From the NCBI RefSeq assembly GCF_964194025.1, contig NC_134475.1:3658001-3722000 (forward strand): 64,000 nucleotides of DNA, given 5' to 3'. This DNA is from Convolutriloba macropyga (Eukaryota). Under the pieces are notes generated by a model. It was given only the letters and a program-made list of their open reading frames with translations, did no database searches and had not been told where the DNA came from. This document shows positions 61,801 through 64,000 of this stretch, one piece after another. The translations under genes and the position numbers were made by a program. Numbering within the stretch: position 1 is the stretch's first letter; each line of letters begins with the position of its first letter.

Positions 61801-64000
61801 GCAAGTTCCTGAACGGGATAAAAGCTGCTTGAGATTCTTGTGGCGACCAACAATGAACGAACCTGTGCAAATATACGAGTATCAACGTCATGTTTTCGGA
61901 GCAAAGAGTTCACCAACATGTGCCAACTACGCTCTGAAGCGAGTAGCCATCGATAACGAGGACGAGTTCCCAATTGCAGCAAAAACAATCCAAAACAACT
62001 TCTACATGGACGATTTCATCAAGTCAGTCGAAACACCTGAAGAAGCAATCAAGGTTTTCAAACAACTGCAACCTCTTCTCTCAAAACATGGATTTGAACT
62101 TAAGAAGTGGATCACCAACAGTGACTTGGTAACCAACGCAATCCCAGAGGACTTAAGATCAATCAAAAAAACCAAGCAGGTTGAAGTAGAACCCAGAAAG
62201 GAAGGTTCATCCGTGCTTGGGCTTCAGTGGACGATTACCGATGATAGTCTACAGGTTTGTAGAGGTACAAGCAAAGAAGTTGAGACCCCAATCACCCAAA
62301 GGAAGATCTTATCTCTAATTTCTTCAGTGTTTGATCCTCTTGGACTGTTTGCACCATTCAGTGTCCATATGAGACGACTCCTGAAGAGCATCTGGACCAA
62401 AATTGGACAACATTGGGACAACTCAGTAGAATCTAACGAAGAAGAAGCGTTTCTGAAGTGGAAGGCGCAGCTTCCAGAAGTAGCAGAAACCAGCATTGAG
62501 AGAAGATACTTCAGCACAGCCAATGACAAATGGGAACTTCACGTGTTTTCCGACGCATCTGAAGACACAATGTGCGCAGTGGCTTACCTACGTTCAAAGC
62601 CCAAAGAATACTCAGCAGATTTAGCATTTGTAATCGGAAAGTGCCGAGTCGCACCGATGCGACACCTTTCCATACCACGCTTGGAACTACAAGCAGCAGT
62701 GATGGCGGTGAGACTTAAAGAGCAGATAGTGAAGGAACACGAATCGAAGATTCACAGTTCTAACTTTTGGACAGACTCCACTACTGTTCTGCAATGGATT
62801 CACAGCTCCCACCGTAAGCAACAGGTGTTTGTTGCAGACAGAGTAGCTGAGATTTTGGATACAACTAATGTTTCACAGTGGAATCATGTGAGTAGTATTA
62901 ACAATCCAGCTGACATCGGGACACGAGTGATCAATGTTGACGAACTCAAGAGAAGTGAATGGCTCACTGGGCCGGCCTGGTTGAAGCAACGGGAGAACGA
63001 ATGGCCTGAACAGTTGAATTTAACATTTGCTTCAGACCAACAAAACGACGAAATGGTTTTCTCAGCAAAGGTTGAAGAGAAGAAGCTGATTGTTCAGTGG
63101 GAACGATTCAGCAATTTCAATCGACTTGTAAATACAATGGCATACGTACAGCGGGTATTCAAAAAACACAAACCGGCAACAAAAACACTAAGTGTTGAAG
63201 AAAGAGAGGGTGCACAAGCAAGCATCTTCAGACTACTGCAGCAAGAACAGTTTGCTCAAGAGAAGAAATCTCTCAAGGGTGAAAAAGAAATTCCAAAAAA
63301 CAGCAAAATCCTCCAGTTTTCACCATTCATAGACCAGCAAGGACTTATTCGTGCCCAAGGCAGAATAGGTAAAAGTCAATTGACCTTCGAAACGAAGCAT
63401 CCAATACTGTTACATTGGAAGCACCATGTAGTTGAATTATTCTTGCAAAATGAACATAAGAATAATCACCACGAAGGTACTGAACATGTCAGAAACATAG
63501 TCCAGCAAAAATTCTGGATCCTAGGCATACGAAATGCTTTGAGATCGATCAAGAACAAATGCATTAGATGTCGAAAGGGAAGAGCCCAAACAAAGGCACC
63601 AGTAATGGCAGAACTACCTGAAGAACGATTAGTCGCATCAACAGTGTTCTCGAATGTGGGCGTAGACTATTTCGGACCATTCACAGTAAAGATTGGTCAA
63701 AGAAACGAAAAGCGTTGGTGCTGTCTATTCACATGCCTTTCTGTACGTGCGGTACATATAGAGATTGTACCAAAACTAGACACTGATTGTTGTCTGAACG
63801 CAATTATGCGATTCATTGCACGAAGAGGCAAACCGGTCAAAATGATTAGCGATAACGGGACAAACTTCGTTGGAGCTGAAAAAGAACTGGCAGAGTATAT
63901 AGCAGCATGGAACAAGGTGCGAATTGAAGAACATCTGATTCAACAAGGTATCAGATGGAAGTTCAACCCACCTGCATCACCACACTTTAGAGGAGTGTGG
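58847..64000 (+). pseudogene. BEL/Pao gag-pol polyprotein with an in-frame TGA at 60545-60547
   Basis: The 566-aa ORF stops inside a zinc knuckle (LCY*CLGKGH). The same frame continues into the protease, and the ORF track lists no later stop-terminated ORF in it, consistent with an open frame to the window end. Confidence 0.88.

Larger units (their letters stand above)
57379..64000 (+). mobile_element. BEL/Pao LTR retrotransposon, truncated by the window edge
   Basis: Putative 5' LTR (~57379-58602, left edge uncertain) ending ...GTTACA; PBS TGGTCCGCCGACCCGGA. Gag with LPKLRLNNFDGNPLEWPEW and Cys/His knuckles, protease FLDSGS, RT YLPHHPV/ADIESMFLQV/FYMDD, RNase H LHVFSDAS, integrase GVDYFGPF/SDNGTNFVG. 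Confidence 0.95.

Overview
AT-rich, repeat-dense eukaryotic DNA with spliceosomal introns. It is most likely from an invertebrate animal, inferred from a BEL/Pao retrotransposon (a largely metazoan superfamily) and an ER-type UGT. Host genes: (1) an intronless UDP-glycosyltransferase at 4450-5916 (+); (2) a multi-exon minus-strand folate-biopterin transporter (BT1/FBT, MFS) whose motifs resemble the oomycete/stramenopile subfamily, with five exons spliced in frame by hand between 16248 and 22394 and the 5' end unresolved; (3) the 3' end of an unknown minus-strand gene at 617-~992; (4) fragments of an unknown plus-strand membrane-protein gene with a duplicated 34-bp micro-exon (39-57 kb). Mobile DNA: an old minus-strand Ty3/Gypsy element (~8190-15174) with internal deletions and a younger 1.8-kb tandem duplication; a two-LTR but decayed Gypsy of the same clade (26427-32359; TSD GGGTA, tRNA-Ser-type PBS); and a nearly intact BEL/Pao element running off the right edge. 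There are also many MITEs: a nested GG-ended family with 8-bp TSDs, and CCC-ended elements carrying a tRNA-like Pol III cassette. Tandem repeats include an ~860-bp triplication and a 32-bp minisatellite with a 167-bp higher-order repeat. The best candidate for novelty is the non-animal-type BT1 transporter with host-style introns (possible horizontal acquisition). All homology calls come from motif recognition by eye; no searches were run.
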